Below are positions 1-14,761 of a DNA stretch of 64,000 nucleotides, in pieces (position 1 is the stretch's first letter; the number at the start of each line of letters is the position of its first letter). A program made the position numbers and the translations under genes. The stretch is from Daphnia carinata (lineage: Eukaryota), in assembly GCF_022539665.2 (NCBI RefSeq), contig NC_081333.1:6386001-6450000 (forward strand), read 5' to 3'. The notes under the pieces are model-generated. The model was not told the DNA's origin. It saw only the letters and a program-made list of their open reading frames with translations, and did not search any database.

Positions 1-3000
1 GATCTGTACATTTCTGAAATCATTATTCTTTTCAAACCATTCTATTTCTTTTATCAAAAAGAGGTAGACTATATGTCCACTGCTTTCCACCAAATTGTGA
101 CTGAACAACGCGCGTAAATAAGGCTATGAAGTACCACAATGAATTAGTTCTCTATTTTGGGATTAGGGACAGTCTAAGCAATTTTAAAAACGTGCAAAAC
201 GCCCCACAAAAGCACAACTGCAAAAGTCCAGGCACTGTAAAAGTTTAAATGATAAAAAATATCAAAGTCTCCTACGAGATAGGGTTTCCGTTCAACAAAA
301 ATGGGCATCAATATCTGTTATACTTATAGTTTCGTGCGGGAGAACTGACGCCATTTTGATTTTCCTTTTTTTTATTTCTTGGGCATAGGTTTTGTTTTGT
401 TTTTTCCAATGACAAATCGAGTGTCACATGTAGCATTCTTTTTGGAATCGCCATCCCCGACTGGACCATTATCTCGGCTTTGAACTCATGCAAATGAGCA
501 TTTCAGTATGTTTAAACCTTCCTTGTACGTCGTTTTTTTCCCCTGCTTGTTTTTTTCAAATAAGGCTTTCGGATGTCTGTTGTCCGCTGATTGGAGCAAA
601 AGCACTCGAGCAGCCATGGCTGCTGTATCCAATTAAATAACCTAAAAAATTACAGTAACTTTGCGTCTTTCTAGATTGTTTTCGAAGTTTCTGATTCAGC
701 GCACAAAAACGCTGTTAGTTGTTAGGTGTTCGTCTTTCTTTGTACTCGCTCGTTGTTCAGAGATTTTATGCTTAGCATTATACGCGACTGGCCGAGTAGA
801 CCAATTGTTGTATTCAAAGTTTGATCATGACCGGCATTGGTTTGTCCTTCAGGCTGGTTTTGCTTGACGAGTCATATTTTATTATTAGGCAGCCCGCTTG
901 ACTTGATGATCTGTTGCTTCAGTAGAACCAGTTGAGCGAACAGGGAAATTTCCGCCGAATAAAACATAAATAGCTAAACAAAGAAGCAAATCAGGGAATA
1001 AAAATCTATAAACTGATTTTATGGCATAGGGCATAATCTTGTTTGCATTTTAGATGATAAAATTCCAGTGAAGATATGATTTATAGCTAAAAGGCGACTT
1101 TACACGCAAACACGATCATACACATTAAACTCGCCGATAGCAAGTTCATTTTCAAAGTTGTTGCACTTGTTTTGCTTCTAAATACCTCACGGTTATGTTG
1201 TCCGTTTTCGTCCTTTTGCTGTACAAGCAACTGTCCGTAAAGCTGAATCGCCGTTTCATTGTTGTGCTATAATGACTTCCAGTTCACCAGACACGAACAA
1301 GCTGGTTTTTAATGAGCTAAATTTAGGCTACTGAAACGAGATACCTGAATGCGCCATGTTTCAAATATTTACATCCAGTTTTTTCTACATGTTTTCGTGA
1401 CAGACCAAATAAAGTTTTTGGTTCAGTTATATTGCAACAATTGTAAGAGCAGGTGCGCCCCCATACGACATTTTTGAATGTGGATTTCATGGAGGCCTAG
1501 GCCTAAAGTTTGTGGTCTACACAGTCATACTCTTTATGTAAAACAACAGAAAAACAAGAATAAGTTAAATTTTTTGAATTATTAATTTCTGCTACCAGAA
1601 TATAGCCACACGTTGTTCAATGCATTACAATTTAATTTACGTTAGCGTCGAAAGCATTGACGGGACTTCAAGTCAACGACTTCAGTCCTACATAACCTGG
1701 CCAATGAGCAATCCCTACAGGAAGAGTTTTCCAGGCTGGAGCGAGTAATTGAATATGTAGGGTGAACGCACTTCGAACAGTAGAACAAAGGGATGATGAC
1801 ATCTGAATTTGATGACAGTTGCAATATTACCTTCCATTCGTCACGCTATAACATGGAGTAAATGCATGTAAAGAACTTACTATACTCATATGCGTTTGTT
1901 ACGATTATAATTATAATGGGATGTTATGAAATTGGGTTGCGAAAATACTTACATAGTAAAAATGTACACAATATGTTGGGAAAAACAAAATTTTTAATGT
2001 GAAAAACCTTTGGCCAACCGAAATGTAACACTGATGTCGCTGCTCGCATGAAACAAGTTTGATTTCTTAAAAGCTAGGGTCGCAAATTTTATGACGAGTA
2101 TTGCATTGTTTATTTTAAGTTTTACCTAATTGGCATTCGACTGAACAATATTGCTGAGACAAATCGATAGGCCATCGGCCTAATGTGAATATGTAAGGGC
2201 TGTCATCTCCTTATTTATTTCAATCTGAAACTCACATTTTCTGTCGTCTTAAAATTTTCTAGACCTTACATTTCAGTTATCCCTTAGACGTCGCAAAAAA
2301 TAATGGTGAACACAACCGCAGAAGGACGAAGTGCCGGCTGGAAATTAATTAGGCCTAATTATTAAATCATCAGTCTAAATATAAGTCTAAATGATTAGCC
2401 TAAATATTAATTGATATTCCAGAAGCAAGCAGAAATAATTTTCTTTTTATTTGTAATCCGTCGGACAATGAGAAATGCAAAAAAGGGCTTTTATTAAAAA
2501 GGGACCTCAATGAGGACATAATTATAATCAAATCAACATTTTCGTATTACACTTTGTTAACTGCTTTAGCTAATTATAGATAGAGGAACCCGTTTGGCAA
2601 CGAAAAAATATTGCAAATTATAGTTCAAAGCCGAGCATTCTGTTCATTGTCACTAAAAAAAACAGAGCGTCTCTCGGCAAAAAGGTTTCACAGTTTCAAA
2701 TGCAGCTTTGATGCCCAAGCTTTAGCACTAGATTTGCGCTTGTACGTTTAACTAATATTTGCAGAGTTAGCTTGCGCTGACAATGCCTATAAATAAAACT
2801 TAGGATAAAGCCTCTTCGAACGCTTTTTTTTTCGTTTTTATATTTCGTCTGCTTCAACGTCAGCAAGAAATACAAAACTTTGCTAAGGAGCAGACTGGTT
2901 ATGAAGGTTGTTTGTGAGACCAAGAGCTGCGGCGTTGTAGAATAACTATGTCTCTGCTAGGAAAGGGAAGGCAACAGCTATGCGTGCTGCGTCCCAGCTA

Positions 3001-6000
3001 TCGGTCTTCGAATTTTCTTCACTAATGGACAGAGAAAGGTGGGCGACAACACCCGAACCGAAAAGTATAACTTGATCGAGAAAGGGCAATCAGAGTACAC
3101 AGAGAATGTTATATGGTAATCATCTAATTAAAACTGTCCTTATCCTACCTGACAGTCTTGACTCATGCACGGCACGGCTACGTTAGATGAATAATTAATC
3201 AAGATGTCGTGTACCCGTTTCCAATGCTATTTTCCCATCTTCTTTTTCGTCGTGGCAATACAACAGCAGAAATTCTAGTTGCCGATTGCGTTCAAAAAGT
3301 GGCAAAAAAAAAAACAAACAAAATAAAATAACTAAGTAAAAATAAAATAAAATCACAAATAAAAAAAGAAAATACCAGGTCAACCTGGTCGTTGCCTTCA
3401 ACTTTCTTTCTTGCAGGAATTGAAGGAAAGAGCTATTGCATCTCGGCATCGTATATCCACGAATTCCAGGTCATATGTATATACAAAATGCACGTGTTTA
3501 CAACAGAATTGGCATAAACCCTCTTCGGGTTTCGTTCATTTTGCAAATACAGACAAACTGACTGAACATATATCGTGACGGGAAAAGGGCTAAAAAATGT
3601 AATATTGTGGTCAGAGGGCTCGACGTATATTCTCACCGTGCCGCTAATGTGTTATGCTCCAGTCAAACGGTTTTTTATAGAAACAAAAGAAAAGAGAATT
3701 TAAAAGGGCATTAAAGATGCGCTACCTAGTTAAGAAGTTCACACGTGAAAATAAAGCCCTGCAAACGTAACTTTTTTGTTCTCTGGGCAAGTTATAAGAA
3801 ATTCATTATACACAATAAAATTCCAAATCGATTAACGAAGCTGAGCTTTCAGTACTTCGAGTCGTGAATAAAACTAACTAAAATTTTACATAACAAATTC
3901 AGCTTTGGCGTTTCGAACCACATTGTCAGTAGCGATGACACAAACCATCATGCAAATGCAATTATCCATTGTTTCGGTGATTGTACCAACTTGAGAAAAC
4001 GGCAATTTTCGATAAAACTATTTATTATAAACTCTGGTCTTCTGTGCCGTGCCAAGAACCTACAAATTTTGGAACAAATATCTGCAAACGCGACCCCTAA
4101 TATCGTTGACTGTGAGGAAACGACAAGTAAGAATAAAAATAAAAAATTCAGCCATCTAATATCATAAACTTTGAAATTCCAAACTAGTAGAATTTAAATT
4201 TTAAAACGAGGTTTTCAAAAACTGAATAAAACGAAATGCCGGAAATACATCTACATATCCGTCATCCTCAGTTACGTTACGTTGCTCATGGAATTTCAAG
4301 GCGTTTGAGTATGACCAGCATCGGTACTCAACGTTGGCTGGGAGTAAAACTGCTCTTTGATTCTATTAGCGTGTCTGCTGGTCAATTTAGAAAATAAGAG
4401 CAGAGATGCGTAAATTTTTAGCATTGTGCGGTGTTCACCTATGCAGCGCACTAAAATACAGAGCAAAAGAAGTACTTATTCCAACTCCACCTGTTTATTA
4501 TATAATTTCCGCTGATTTTTTATGAGGCGGGGCTATCTTTTATTTAATTTGCATCTTCTTTGCATAGACTGTTGGTAGTAGTCATACTAGCTAATCGAGT
4601 ATTTTAATGATCTGTTATCAGGAGTTGAGAACGTTACGTCAGAAGCCTATATTTGGTTTTGTAAGGCGTTTTTGATAATGATATATAATGATAAATAATG
4701 ATATTTTGATATAAAAATGTTCTTACTAACTACAGCGTCTGTAAGTTGCAATGATGGCTAAGGAAGTTCACGTTAAGAAAACTTACGAAATGTTTGTCCA
4801 TACGTCCCTGTTTACATTATACCAAATTTTGAAAGATATCGAGCAATGTGACGGACTTCTCTATCAAGTGACCTATCAAGATTGCCCTCCAAAAGTACAC
4901 CGCAGAACATTTTACGCCTCGTTAAAACCCCACTTAGAAAAACGATCAGTGGTTAATTCGTAGACAGCTTTTCCGATGTTATACGGGTCAGTTTGTTCAT
5001 TTTCAAATGGCAGAATCTATGACGCTGTGCATCGCTAGATCTGCACGGCTAAGAAATATAATTTTTAAAAATGGTTTTCGCGTTTTAGCCCAAAATGTAT
5101 TACGGCTTAGGGACTACTCAAACATCAAAACCAATATGGAAATACCAAATTTACTAAAATATTTGGGACCTGAATATTATGCTGTTTTCACCAACTTGTT
5201 GCTACCAAGCGAAATAATTGTAAAACAAGACCGATTGTAAAGCTCGCGATTCGCTGACGGATAGAACTCTGCATCTACGTACATTTTCCTTGCATTTATT
5301 ATGAGTCAACGACGACAGAGTTGTCTTGGTTGAGAAACAAAATATACTGTAAGATATAGACAGAAGAAGAAATTTGGTGACCGGTTTCGAAAAAAAACTG
5401 GATTATACGCTGCCAAAAGGTGAAAACAACTTTATTATCATCGCCAGGTCACGTTGAAATCTAGGAGGTGGTTGACGAAGATTTCGTGCCCAGACTATGA
5501 AACAGTGGACAGAGAGAAATTGGTTACGTTTATTCTAGATCCCGTTCGGCTGCCTCTTTTTCTTTTATCAGCTTTCCTTTGCTCGGTTTTTGCTCCCTAC
5601 CATTTTGGATAGCGAAGGGAAAGATGCACCTGTCATCGATCAACGTCGTAGCCATCTCTGTAGATGCAAGCGAGAGTTCTTCCTTTCTCGAGTTTTTGAT
5701 TATGGTAGCATAGCTTCATTGGTTTCCCAGAATATGTATCCAGGTCTTTGTAGGGACAACGCACTTAAAAGAGGTAACAAAATTGACTTCCATTAATTGT
5801 ACATGCAGACTGTTGATGACATTAATTTCTTTTCTTGTGTGTATCCAAAATCAACATTTTCCCTGTGGAACTACCGCGATTAACTAGATATCCTACTATT
5901 CCTATTGCTCGGCAATCACATCAAACTATTTGAATAGAAGTTCGATATGGTACATTCTGTTTCATGCAGCACCACATGGGAATCGTATGGTAACATGGAA

Positions 6001-7454
6001 TTTTGCATTTGTAGCATTAACGTCTCAGCACCGACTGTCCTATTATATTGTCACGGCCATGGATCTTGTACCAAGATAGAGATATTTTAACATAGATATA
6101 CAATATTTTACCTACATTTTAACCTGCAACTGACTTATCTTATTTTCAATATCACCTGCATATGGCAAATCATTTCATTTGGTATTGTGGAAACATTAGG
6201 CTAGGGATATACACAACACCATGAAATAGTCACTGTGTTGGTAACAGAAATGATAAACCAAAAAAGGTGAATCCTTTAGCCTTACTTTTTTTTTCCTGCT
6301 AGGGTCAGTTTTGGCATGTGTCAAAAATTCGATCCGTCGGAAAGGGAGTACAGCTGTAGCTTCCAAAAATTTATTACTGACTATCTAGTTTTTCAATGGC
6401 AATGCTTAAAACATTGTGGACATGCACATGGCAGAATGTAGGACTATTCCACAAGATGTATCGACAAAAGTAAAAGCTACTGGTATCGTTAACGTCTTTA
6501 CTCCGTATTATAAAGGCTGTTACAGTAACCGGAACTTTACATTCAATAGCACTGGAACACCGAAAAGTCACTTTGAAAAGTTAACAGGTGCCAGTTACGA
6601 TTACGCTTATTAATGAAAAAGTCACGCCATTTTTTGTGATTTTCAACCCCATTTTTTCTCCTTTGTTATAGGCTGCCACAACTAACAAGAATTAGATCCC
6701 TCACCTCAAAAACAGCGTAATTTTTTTGGGCCCCTCACATCTAAATTGGGAGAACGTTTCAAATTGAATTTGAGCAGTGGAAATTGTTTACTGAGTTCTC
6801 AAAGTTTGTTTTAAATATAGTTGTTGAGCAATTTGACAATGCTGAGACGTCTTAAGATAATTCCAAACCAAACTAATTGCCCTAACGGTCGTTTCGACAA
6901 AATAAAAGGGCAGATGAGGTAGAAATTCTGTTTCGTAACACCTACCAAGTTTGTCTTCAAAGAATTTTTCACAAAGCTAAAATTATGTCAATAAAATTTC
7001 GCAGATACCAAGAGTAAAAGTCGTTATGCGGTGTCCCTTGACGATTCGAAGTCATAGCTTACAAAACAACTGTTCCTGTTTTTCCGTGTCATCCTAATGC
7101 CGAATTATTGACACTCAAAGATAATTCAGACTGACTGGTTCTTCGACGTCCTGCTTTACAAAACCGATAGCAACACGTTCGACATAACCAGTTGCTCATT
7201 CAATCACCATCCTACATTCTACTTTTGAGTTTTTATACGAATGCTTCCACATACATTTCGATTAACTGTACCAAAGTTCAAAGAACCCGTGAAATATAAA
7301 GTTTAATTCAACATTCGCTATTTTTTAAAAATTACAAAAAACATTCCCTTTTATCAGCAGCCTAATTGGCCCTTTCTAATTGCATTGATTGTGCAAGCCT
7401 ATATAATGGATGCACCACTTTGGGTGTACCCAAAAACAGACTGAGCGTAGCTCT

Positions 7455-10400
7455 CTAAGCACGGACGTAAAACTTCTTGTTGCTTTTGCTGTGATCCAGT
7501 AGCAATTGGCAAGGCGTGAAACACTTGCCATATGCAGCTTCAAATTTTCTCATAATGGTAACTAGTTTGTCAGCTCCAAATTCATCCACGAATCGGAAAG
7601 GTCCACCAGTAAATGGAGGGAAGCCCAAGCCAAAAACGGCTCCAATATCGCCTTCCGCCTGGTGATAGTAAAAAAACATTTAAGACTTGCTCATTCGTAC
7701 CATATTGATGACTTTTTTTTACCGGATTGGCAAGAATACCTTCTTCTAGGCACAACAACGCCTAAATAAAGCAAGTAAATTGATATAAAGCAAGATATCA
7801 ATACACGTAAAATTTCATTACACGTATGTCTTACCTCGTTAATGAAACGCGAAGCTAGTCTAAATTGGATATCCTCATCACTTTGTAATCCTTTGGGAAC
7901 CAGCGAATATTTTTTAAGGACGTCAAGAGCCTCGGTGCAAACTGGTTTCTCGCCTTTGAATCCTTTCTCGTACACAAAGAAGCCCTTTCCTGACTTTCGA
8001 CCTAGGACACAAAGGTAAGACTAAATGTTTCAAATAAGAAAAATTTGATAAGGAAAACGTGATACCAGTAATTCCGGCCTTGACTAAGGAATTTAGAACT
8101 TCCGGATTTGCTCCCGCAAAACGCTCACCAAAACACTTGGTTAAGTATTCTCCAATGTGGGCGCCGACATCAATACCTACTTCATCCGTCAACGTAACCG
8201 GACCAACAGGGAAACCGAAACTTTTACCCAGTTTGTCAAGCTTTCGTGGTTCGACTCCTTCCAGCAGAAGCCTAAATAATCGACATAGCTTGATTGAGCG
8301 AATATTCTTAAACAAGTTACATGCCTGTGCGTCTACCTGTAGGCCTCAGCCATCATAAAGGAGAGAACGCGTGAAGTGTAAAAACCCGGACCATCGCCTA
8401 CTGTGATAACAACTTTACCCTGTCGTAGGCCAACATCTACAGCTGACGCAATCGTGTCGCGTGAAGTTTTCGGGTTAGTAATGATCTCCAACAATTGCAT
8501 TTTGTCGACTGGAGAAAAGTAATGCATGCCAATGACCTATTGCCACCAAAAAGAAAGGAAAAGAAAAAACTGTACAATAGGTTGTTCAGCTCCAGCTGAT
8601 GGGCTACGACAAAGGTTGACGTGACACTAGCTCTTTTTTAAAAATTATTAGACGCACAGCATTTTCAAAATTGTGGGTATTTGATTACCTTTTCGGGTCT
8701 CTTGCTGGCTTCTGCAATTTTCGTAATTGGTAACGCACTAGTGTTTGTCGCAAAGATGCAATGTTCTGGGATAATATTTTCCACTTCTTTGACGATACGA
8801 TGTTTAAGGGCTAAATCTTCAAACACAGCTTCGATTACCATGTCACAATGTTTGAAGGGCTCGTAGCTTAGCGTTCCAACTAAATTGGAGGCAATACGAT
8901 CGCGTTCGAAACTAGGGAAATAAAAAATAAATGTAAAATTCCAGCTCTAGCGCTTACGAAATACTTACCTAGTAATTTTTTTTCGCTTCATTGATTTATC
9001 TAACCCAGCATACACTTGATTTTGCCCACGTGCTAGACCACTAGCAGTTGCATCTTTAAGCAGAACTTCAAATCCTTTAACCGAAACCTGTGCTATACCA
9101 GCCCCCATTAAACCAGCGCCTATGACGCCAATCGTTCTAGCATGGGCAACAAAATTAATTTACAAGATCACACGAGAATTGCTTTAAGAAATTACTTTGC
9201 CGAACGTTCAGGTTTTCCGAATCTATTCTTTTTGCATTCTGTTTGGCCATGAAACAAGCCAATTAATCCTCGTGATTCTTTAGTCGCAGTCAACTGACCA
9301 AAGCCTTGATTTTCAGCAACGTATCCGGCTTCAAATCCTTTATCTACAGTTGTTCGTAACACTTCTAAGATCTACGTAAATCAAAATGATCTATTAAAAT
9401 AAAATCTATTGCCAATAAATAACAAGAGTGCTTCTACCTTTAAAGGTGCTGGGTATAGCCCATTGGTTTGCTTCATCACCTGCGCTTTGGCTTTGTTGAA
9501 AATGTAATCTTTGACAAAATTATACTTTAATGCTGCTGCCAGGATGCGATCGGTGATTGGCTTTTCGCGCTTGGCCTTTAGTGTGCCAGATGCTAAATTT
9601 TCAGCTGTCTGAACAGCCACTTTTTCCAAATGCTGCAAAGTTCTAGAAAATTTCATGTATACAACAAGTAGCAAAGATTTTTGATAGAAATTACTGCTGG
9701 TCAGGTTTATCCAATCCTGGGCCCAAAGGTTGTACAGTCATATCAACTAGACCCAACTTTTTAGCTTTGTCTGCCTTAACACTTTTCCCAGTTAGGACCA
9801 TATCCAGGGTAGTTGGAAGGGATGTTAACTGCAAAAAACGCTGTGTACCCCCGCCACCAGGAAGCAGGCCTAAAAGTACCTCAGGTAATCCCAAAACTGT
9901 CTTACTCTCGGTAACAGCAATACGATAATGACATGCCATGGCAACCTAAATTTGAATAATACATTAAGATAACATTTGTTTCATATATCACATTTTAAAC
10001 TAACCTCAAGTCCTCCACCTATACAGGAACCCATTATGGCAGCCACAACAGGTTTTTTACTGTGTTCTACCTCCTGCAGTAAATCTTGGCATACTAAATG
10101 AAATGATAAAATTGGATAGTAAATTTTTTTTAGCCAGAAGGGTTGATTTCTAGTTGAAATGTTTCACACTTTTCGATATCTTGGAAGCTTCTTCTGCTGA
10201 TTTACATTTCTGAAGCATTGAGATATCAGCACCTGCCATGAAACAGCCTGGTTTCCCTGTAAGGTTTAAAGTTGATTTAGGTAACTGAAAACTGAAAATG
10301 TGTCTGCATGAATACTTGACATCAAAACAGTTGCACGGATATTTGCATCTTTCGTAATGGCATCCATGATCTCTTTAAACTCAGCCATGGTTTCAAAATT

Positions 10401-10819
10401 AACTGTATTGACTTTGGAGTTTGGGGCATCAAGTTTGACCACAGCAATTCCATTTTTAACTTCATACTTCATGTGCACATGGCCATCTACCCTTCTCGAT
10501 GTTGAAAACTGACATGAAGAAAGCTTACCTGCAGAATAAAATCACTGCTACAATACATCAGAATTTCGTTTTATATAAGTAATATATAAGACAATAACAG
10601 TTCTTGGTTCGTTTTCATAATATGAAATGAAAACAAAAATTATGTGAAGAAGCATGATGTTACTGCTGGTTACAGATAAATACTTTGAAGTATGCCAAAT
10701 AACTTGTACAAGATGTTTTAGAAAATTTTGGGAAAGAATTAAAAAAATTACTTACTTAGCCAGCTTCTCTTGCTGAATGGGACAAACCCTGAAATGGAAA
10801 TAAATCTTCCGGTAGCCAT
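7455..10819 (-). CDS. HADHA: Mitochondrial trifunctional enzyme subunit alpha (long-chain enoyl-CoA hydratase / 3-hydroxyacyl-CoA dehydrogenase), 14 coding exons
   Basis: Exons joined by hand at GT-AG sites with consistent phase: 10819-10756, 10528-10316, 10256-10170, 10093-10005, 9945-9695, 9642-9438, 9371-9196, 9136-8969, 8911-8689, 8536-8337, 8271-8066, 8001-7835, 7761-7723, 7658-7455. Motifs: [58 protein letters not shown], Rossmann [70 protein letters not shown]. Basic N-terminus resembles a mitochondrial targeting peptide. Confidence 0.97.
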
Positions 10820-12919
10820 CACGAATCTAAAGTGATCTTTCGTTAATCGAAATGCAAAGATGTCTTGTAACCGTTGTTCACTCGAAAATAAAGGCCTATG
10901 GTTTCTTATCTTTTGCTTCCTTCCATGTGATTCAGGATTAAAACAGCAAACAGGCGCTTTCTCCTTTGTCCTTGGGAATGGTTGTGAGGACGTCTTCCAA
11001 CCCCACCTATTGATGAAAAGTAATAGCTTTTTCATTTGCTGAGCTCATTAACTCGCATCTCAGGCCTTTTCTTGTGTTCCATGCAATCTCTGGGAAGTCC
11101 CAGAGAAAAGCCAAGATTGCGCGGAATTTCTCAGGATAATGGTGTTCCCGATTCCAAGCACAACAGCAAACTTTCGGCTATTTTCCTTGGTTGCTGCATG
11201 ATGCATGATACTCAACAGCCATTGGTAAAAAAATATTACCAAATACCCTGTTCTTAGGATAAGGATAGGCTAAACTTTTGTTAACATGCGCTGATTATCC
11301 CCCTCCCCCCCTCATTAATCCGTCCGCGCAAGACACCCAGCGCTGTTAGAGCCCGTGTTAAAAAGCTCTGGAAACGATGGGTGTTCGGACACTAAGGGTT
11401 GGTGCTGTACTGTACATCCCGGTACTTTATTGACGCTTGGAAACTTGAATTTATTTATAAACAATTGGTTTAAGATTTTTCTGTATTCTACCTTCTACTA
11501 TAGGATTACATGGAATATGGGAGATGAAGAACGCATATTCTTACTGTTTTGCAAACGCAACTTGCGCGTTGCCACATGTTTATTTCATACTAGTTTCTCC
11601 CTTCTGGGTATTCCTCATTAACTGTGATTATTGTATAGATATTTTTGCGGCTTTGTTGTCACGGCCAAACGTAGGGAACCAATAGTCCAAACGTCGCTAG
11701 ACAGATGCACGCAGTGTCACGAACCATTCGTCCAAGTACCGAGGGAGAAAAGTTCAAATGTCGGAAAACCGTTGGCATCTAGCACAAAATACTCTATCCT
11801 AACGACTATGCCATCTGGCACTCGCACTGTTCCGTTGTCGGTAACTATAACTCTCCCAAAATAAACATAACATTTGTTAGTTAGTGTACACATGAATAAA
11901 GATACAAAGATACTGGTAATTTAAGTTTATAAAATGAAATGTTTCGATACTAACGTAATAATTGAATTGTTTACAAAAAAAGAGCAAATGTTTTTATCCG
12001 AAACCCATCGGGGTTCAATCGGGTAGGTAATCAGGAATGAAAAACCGATGCAACCAATTCATTTGCGGAAAAACATAATCGATCGATTTTTCCCGGTTGC
12101 TCCGATCACGATTATGTATCACGATTATGCCTCATTCCCTCCGCCTACCCTGATTTTTAGCATGAAAATGAAACAGTAGTCGTTTACAAAATGGCATCGG
12201 TGCAATCGGGGTAACCCAAAAGCTTTTCCCACCTTGCCCCTGGTGGACGAAGTGGTCTCCTGATTGTGTCGCAAATGATTTTTTACGGGACGATGCGGGG
12301 TACGGTTGGAGCCAAACGAGACCGATCCCTAATGTGATATGTAATGATAAAAATAAATCGAAGTGGGCAAAAAATTTTCAAAAGGCATTTATTTTATACT
12401 CGCTGGAATTTTCAAACAAAAAATGTGGGATACTAAGATACTGTCAATTGTAAAATACATCGGAACCCACTTATTTGTTCAACTTTAATTGGACGAGCGA
12501 GAAAAACTATTTCAAATAGTTCACTTTGCTATTATTTGTTTCCGTTCGAATCCAGCAAAAAACAAAAACGACCAGAAAATAAGGTTTTCCGCAAACACTA
12601 TTATTTGTTTTTAACAATACGCTTTTCAAAGTAAACTTAACCAATAAGAAATGTCACCCCTAACACGACTAGCGACAGTATGGCAATGGGCGTTTGTTCA
12701 GCCGGAGATGTTCGACTTTGCCTTTCACAAAACACCACGGGGTAAAGTGCAGGGTTGGAAGCGATACTTTGAAAAAGTATCGGTATCGCGGTACCGATAC
12801 TTCAATTTTCGAAAAATATATTGCGATACTACATTCAAGTATCGCACGCGTCACCGATACTTTTACTTTCAAAACGCCATCCAGGAGTAAAATTTATTAC
12901 TAAGAAAAATAGTAGCCGG

Positions 12920-13093
12920 TGAAATAGGAGTGAAAAGAAATAGGACTGGAAAAATAGGACTGAAAATTTCCAGTCCTATATCTACCGGAGAATTAGGACA
13001 GGGAGAAATAGCACTGACTTTTAATAACTTTTTGGACAGTCCTATTTCTCCATGGCATCAGTCCTATTTCTCCTTAGAAATATTCCTATTTCA
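12920..13093. repeat. Short fold-back (inverted-repeat) segment inside the hAT element
   Basis: TGAAATAGGA (12920-12929) mirrored by TCCTATTTCA (13084-13093). Several AAATAGGACTG copies on the left and CAGTCCTATTT copies on the right. Confidence 0.55.
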
Positions 13094-13449
13094 TTTTCTT
13101 TCTTACATTAGGAACGATGAGCCTCCAATTCGGTAGGCAACTTATTGCGTAAGAGCGTCGGGCTATATCCATTTCCTTTTTTAAAAAGCCGCTGGCGTTA
13201 ACTCATTAGTTAAATGGTTCCCAAAACATTTATCTCTTATCCTATTTTAATTTAAATTACTGGGAAACATGAATTATGTTTAATCTAATACAGTTCATTT
13301 AATAAAATACTATTAGAGCAAAATCAGAATATGTAAGAGCTGTATATAATGGAAAGATAGTTGTATGAAATAGTAAAATATTAGTGCGATTAGAAAAGTT
13401 GGAGATGACTACATAAAGTGCAATATAAGTAATAAATATTTCTGTAGTA

Positions 13450-14761
13450 CTAGTAAGGTTGGGCCAGTCCAAGGCCTGGGTATAGGTGGCGCTAGCGTAA
13501 TTAACGCAATTTTTAAGAAAATCGATCCATTTTTATGGTTTTCCCGCCTGCTAATTATTCTTATAACAAATTAGGAGTTCCCCTTTCTTGCCCGCCGACC
13601 CCCTCCCTGTTTCTGCCCGTCCATCACCTGACTTTTCTGCCGGCCAAGAACCCAGCTGAAGTTACCCGTCGACCCCCTCTCTGCCCGTCAAACCACTCTT
13701 TGCCCGTCGACCCCTCTCTGTCCATCAACCCACACTCTGACCGTCAACTCACATTGTGCCCGCAAAAATGCCTGCTGGGGGGCATCTACCTTTTTTTTTG
13801 CGTTTGCCCACCCTTTCGTCACAGTCTTGGCCCGTCAAAACCCCCGCTATAGTTGTCCGTCCACTCATTTTTTGCTTCTGCCCGCTAAGAAGCCCGCTGT
13901 TATTGCCCGTCGACCCTCTAGCTGCCCGTCGGCCCTCTAACTGCCCCTCGACCCACTCGCTTCCCGTCGGCCCACGCGCTGCCCGTTGACCCACTCGCTG
14001 TCCGTCGGCCCCTTCTCTGCTCGTTAATCCACTCGCTGCCCGTCGACCCTGTCACTGCCTGTTGGCCCCCAAACTGCCCATCGGCCCCCTAACTGCCCGT
14101 CGACCCACGCGCTTCCGTCGACCCACTCGCTGCCCGTCGAACCACTCGCTGCCCCTCAGCCCTCTGGCTGCCCGTCGATCCCATCTCTGCCCGTCACCCT
14201 ACTCGCTGCCCGCCAAAACGAATGCTGTAGTGGCCCATTGACCTTTTCATTTGTTTTTGCCCGTCTTTCCCTCACAGCCTCAGCCCAGAAAATGCCCGTT
14301 TAGTTGCCTGTCCACTCACGTTTTGCCGCTGCCCGTCAACCCACTTTGTTCGTCAAGAACTCGCCGTTGTTGTCCATCGACCCCCTCTCTGCCCGTCAAA
14401 ACGCCTGCCGTAGTGGCCAATAAAAATAATAAATAAAACTAATAAAATAAAATAAAATAAATTAGAATTTAATTAGAATAACAATAATAAAACGCCCTGC
14501 CTATCAGCTTACGTGCCGTTGCCCACCAATTTAAAGCAAAGCCCGTAGACTGAAAAATTGCCTAAATCCTCAATTCCACCCACAGTTTAGTTTTCCAAAT
14601 CCCCATCCCACCAATTCATTGTAGCAGACGGCGGATTTGGCGCCAGCCAATCATAACACCCCGTAGCCGGCGGCGGTTTTGACGCCAGCTAATCAAAACA
14701 AAAGCACAATGTGACAGACACAGGCTCCTCCTCTTTTCCTTGTTTTTTTATATAGTATAGA
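13450..14761 (-). mobile_element. Non-autonomous Helitron, family 1 copy A, nested in the hAT element
   Basis: Minus strand begins TCTATACTATATAAAAAAAC and ends GGCCTTGGACTGGCCC...CTAG. Inserted between A and T (A13449/T14762) with no TSD. Interior is TGCCCGTC-based minisatellite. Both ends match the copy at 17859-20834. Confidence 0.85.

Noticed and set aside
4751..4963. ORF ending LLYQVTY...KVHRRTFYASLKPHL, faintly like a Gypsy integrase C-terminus
   Set aside because: Too short and weak, with no integrase core or LTR nearby.
1..7400. Scattered coding-looking patches (about 1640-1830, 2690-2930, 5500-5790, 6380-6610)
   Set aside because: No consistent exon chain or recognisable domain. 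Possibly decayed sequence, but unsupported without a homology search.
10860..11260. Overlapping short ORFs just upstream of HADHA
   Set aside because: All frames contain stops and there is no recognisable product; treated as promoter or intergenic sequence.
11700..12340. Possible MITE remnant (ACGAACCATTCGTCCA / TGGACGAAGTGGT and AATCGGG repeats)
   Set aside because: The inverted match is short and imperfect, and no TSD could be identified.
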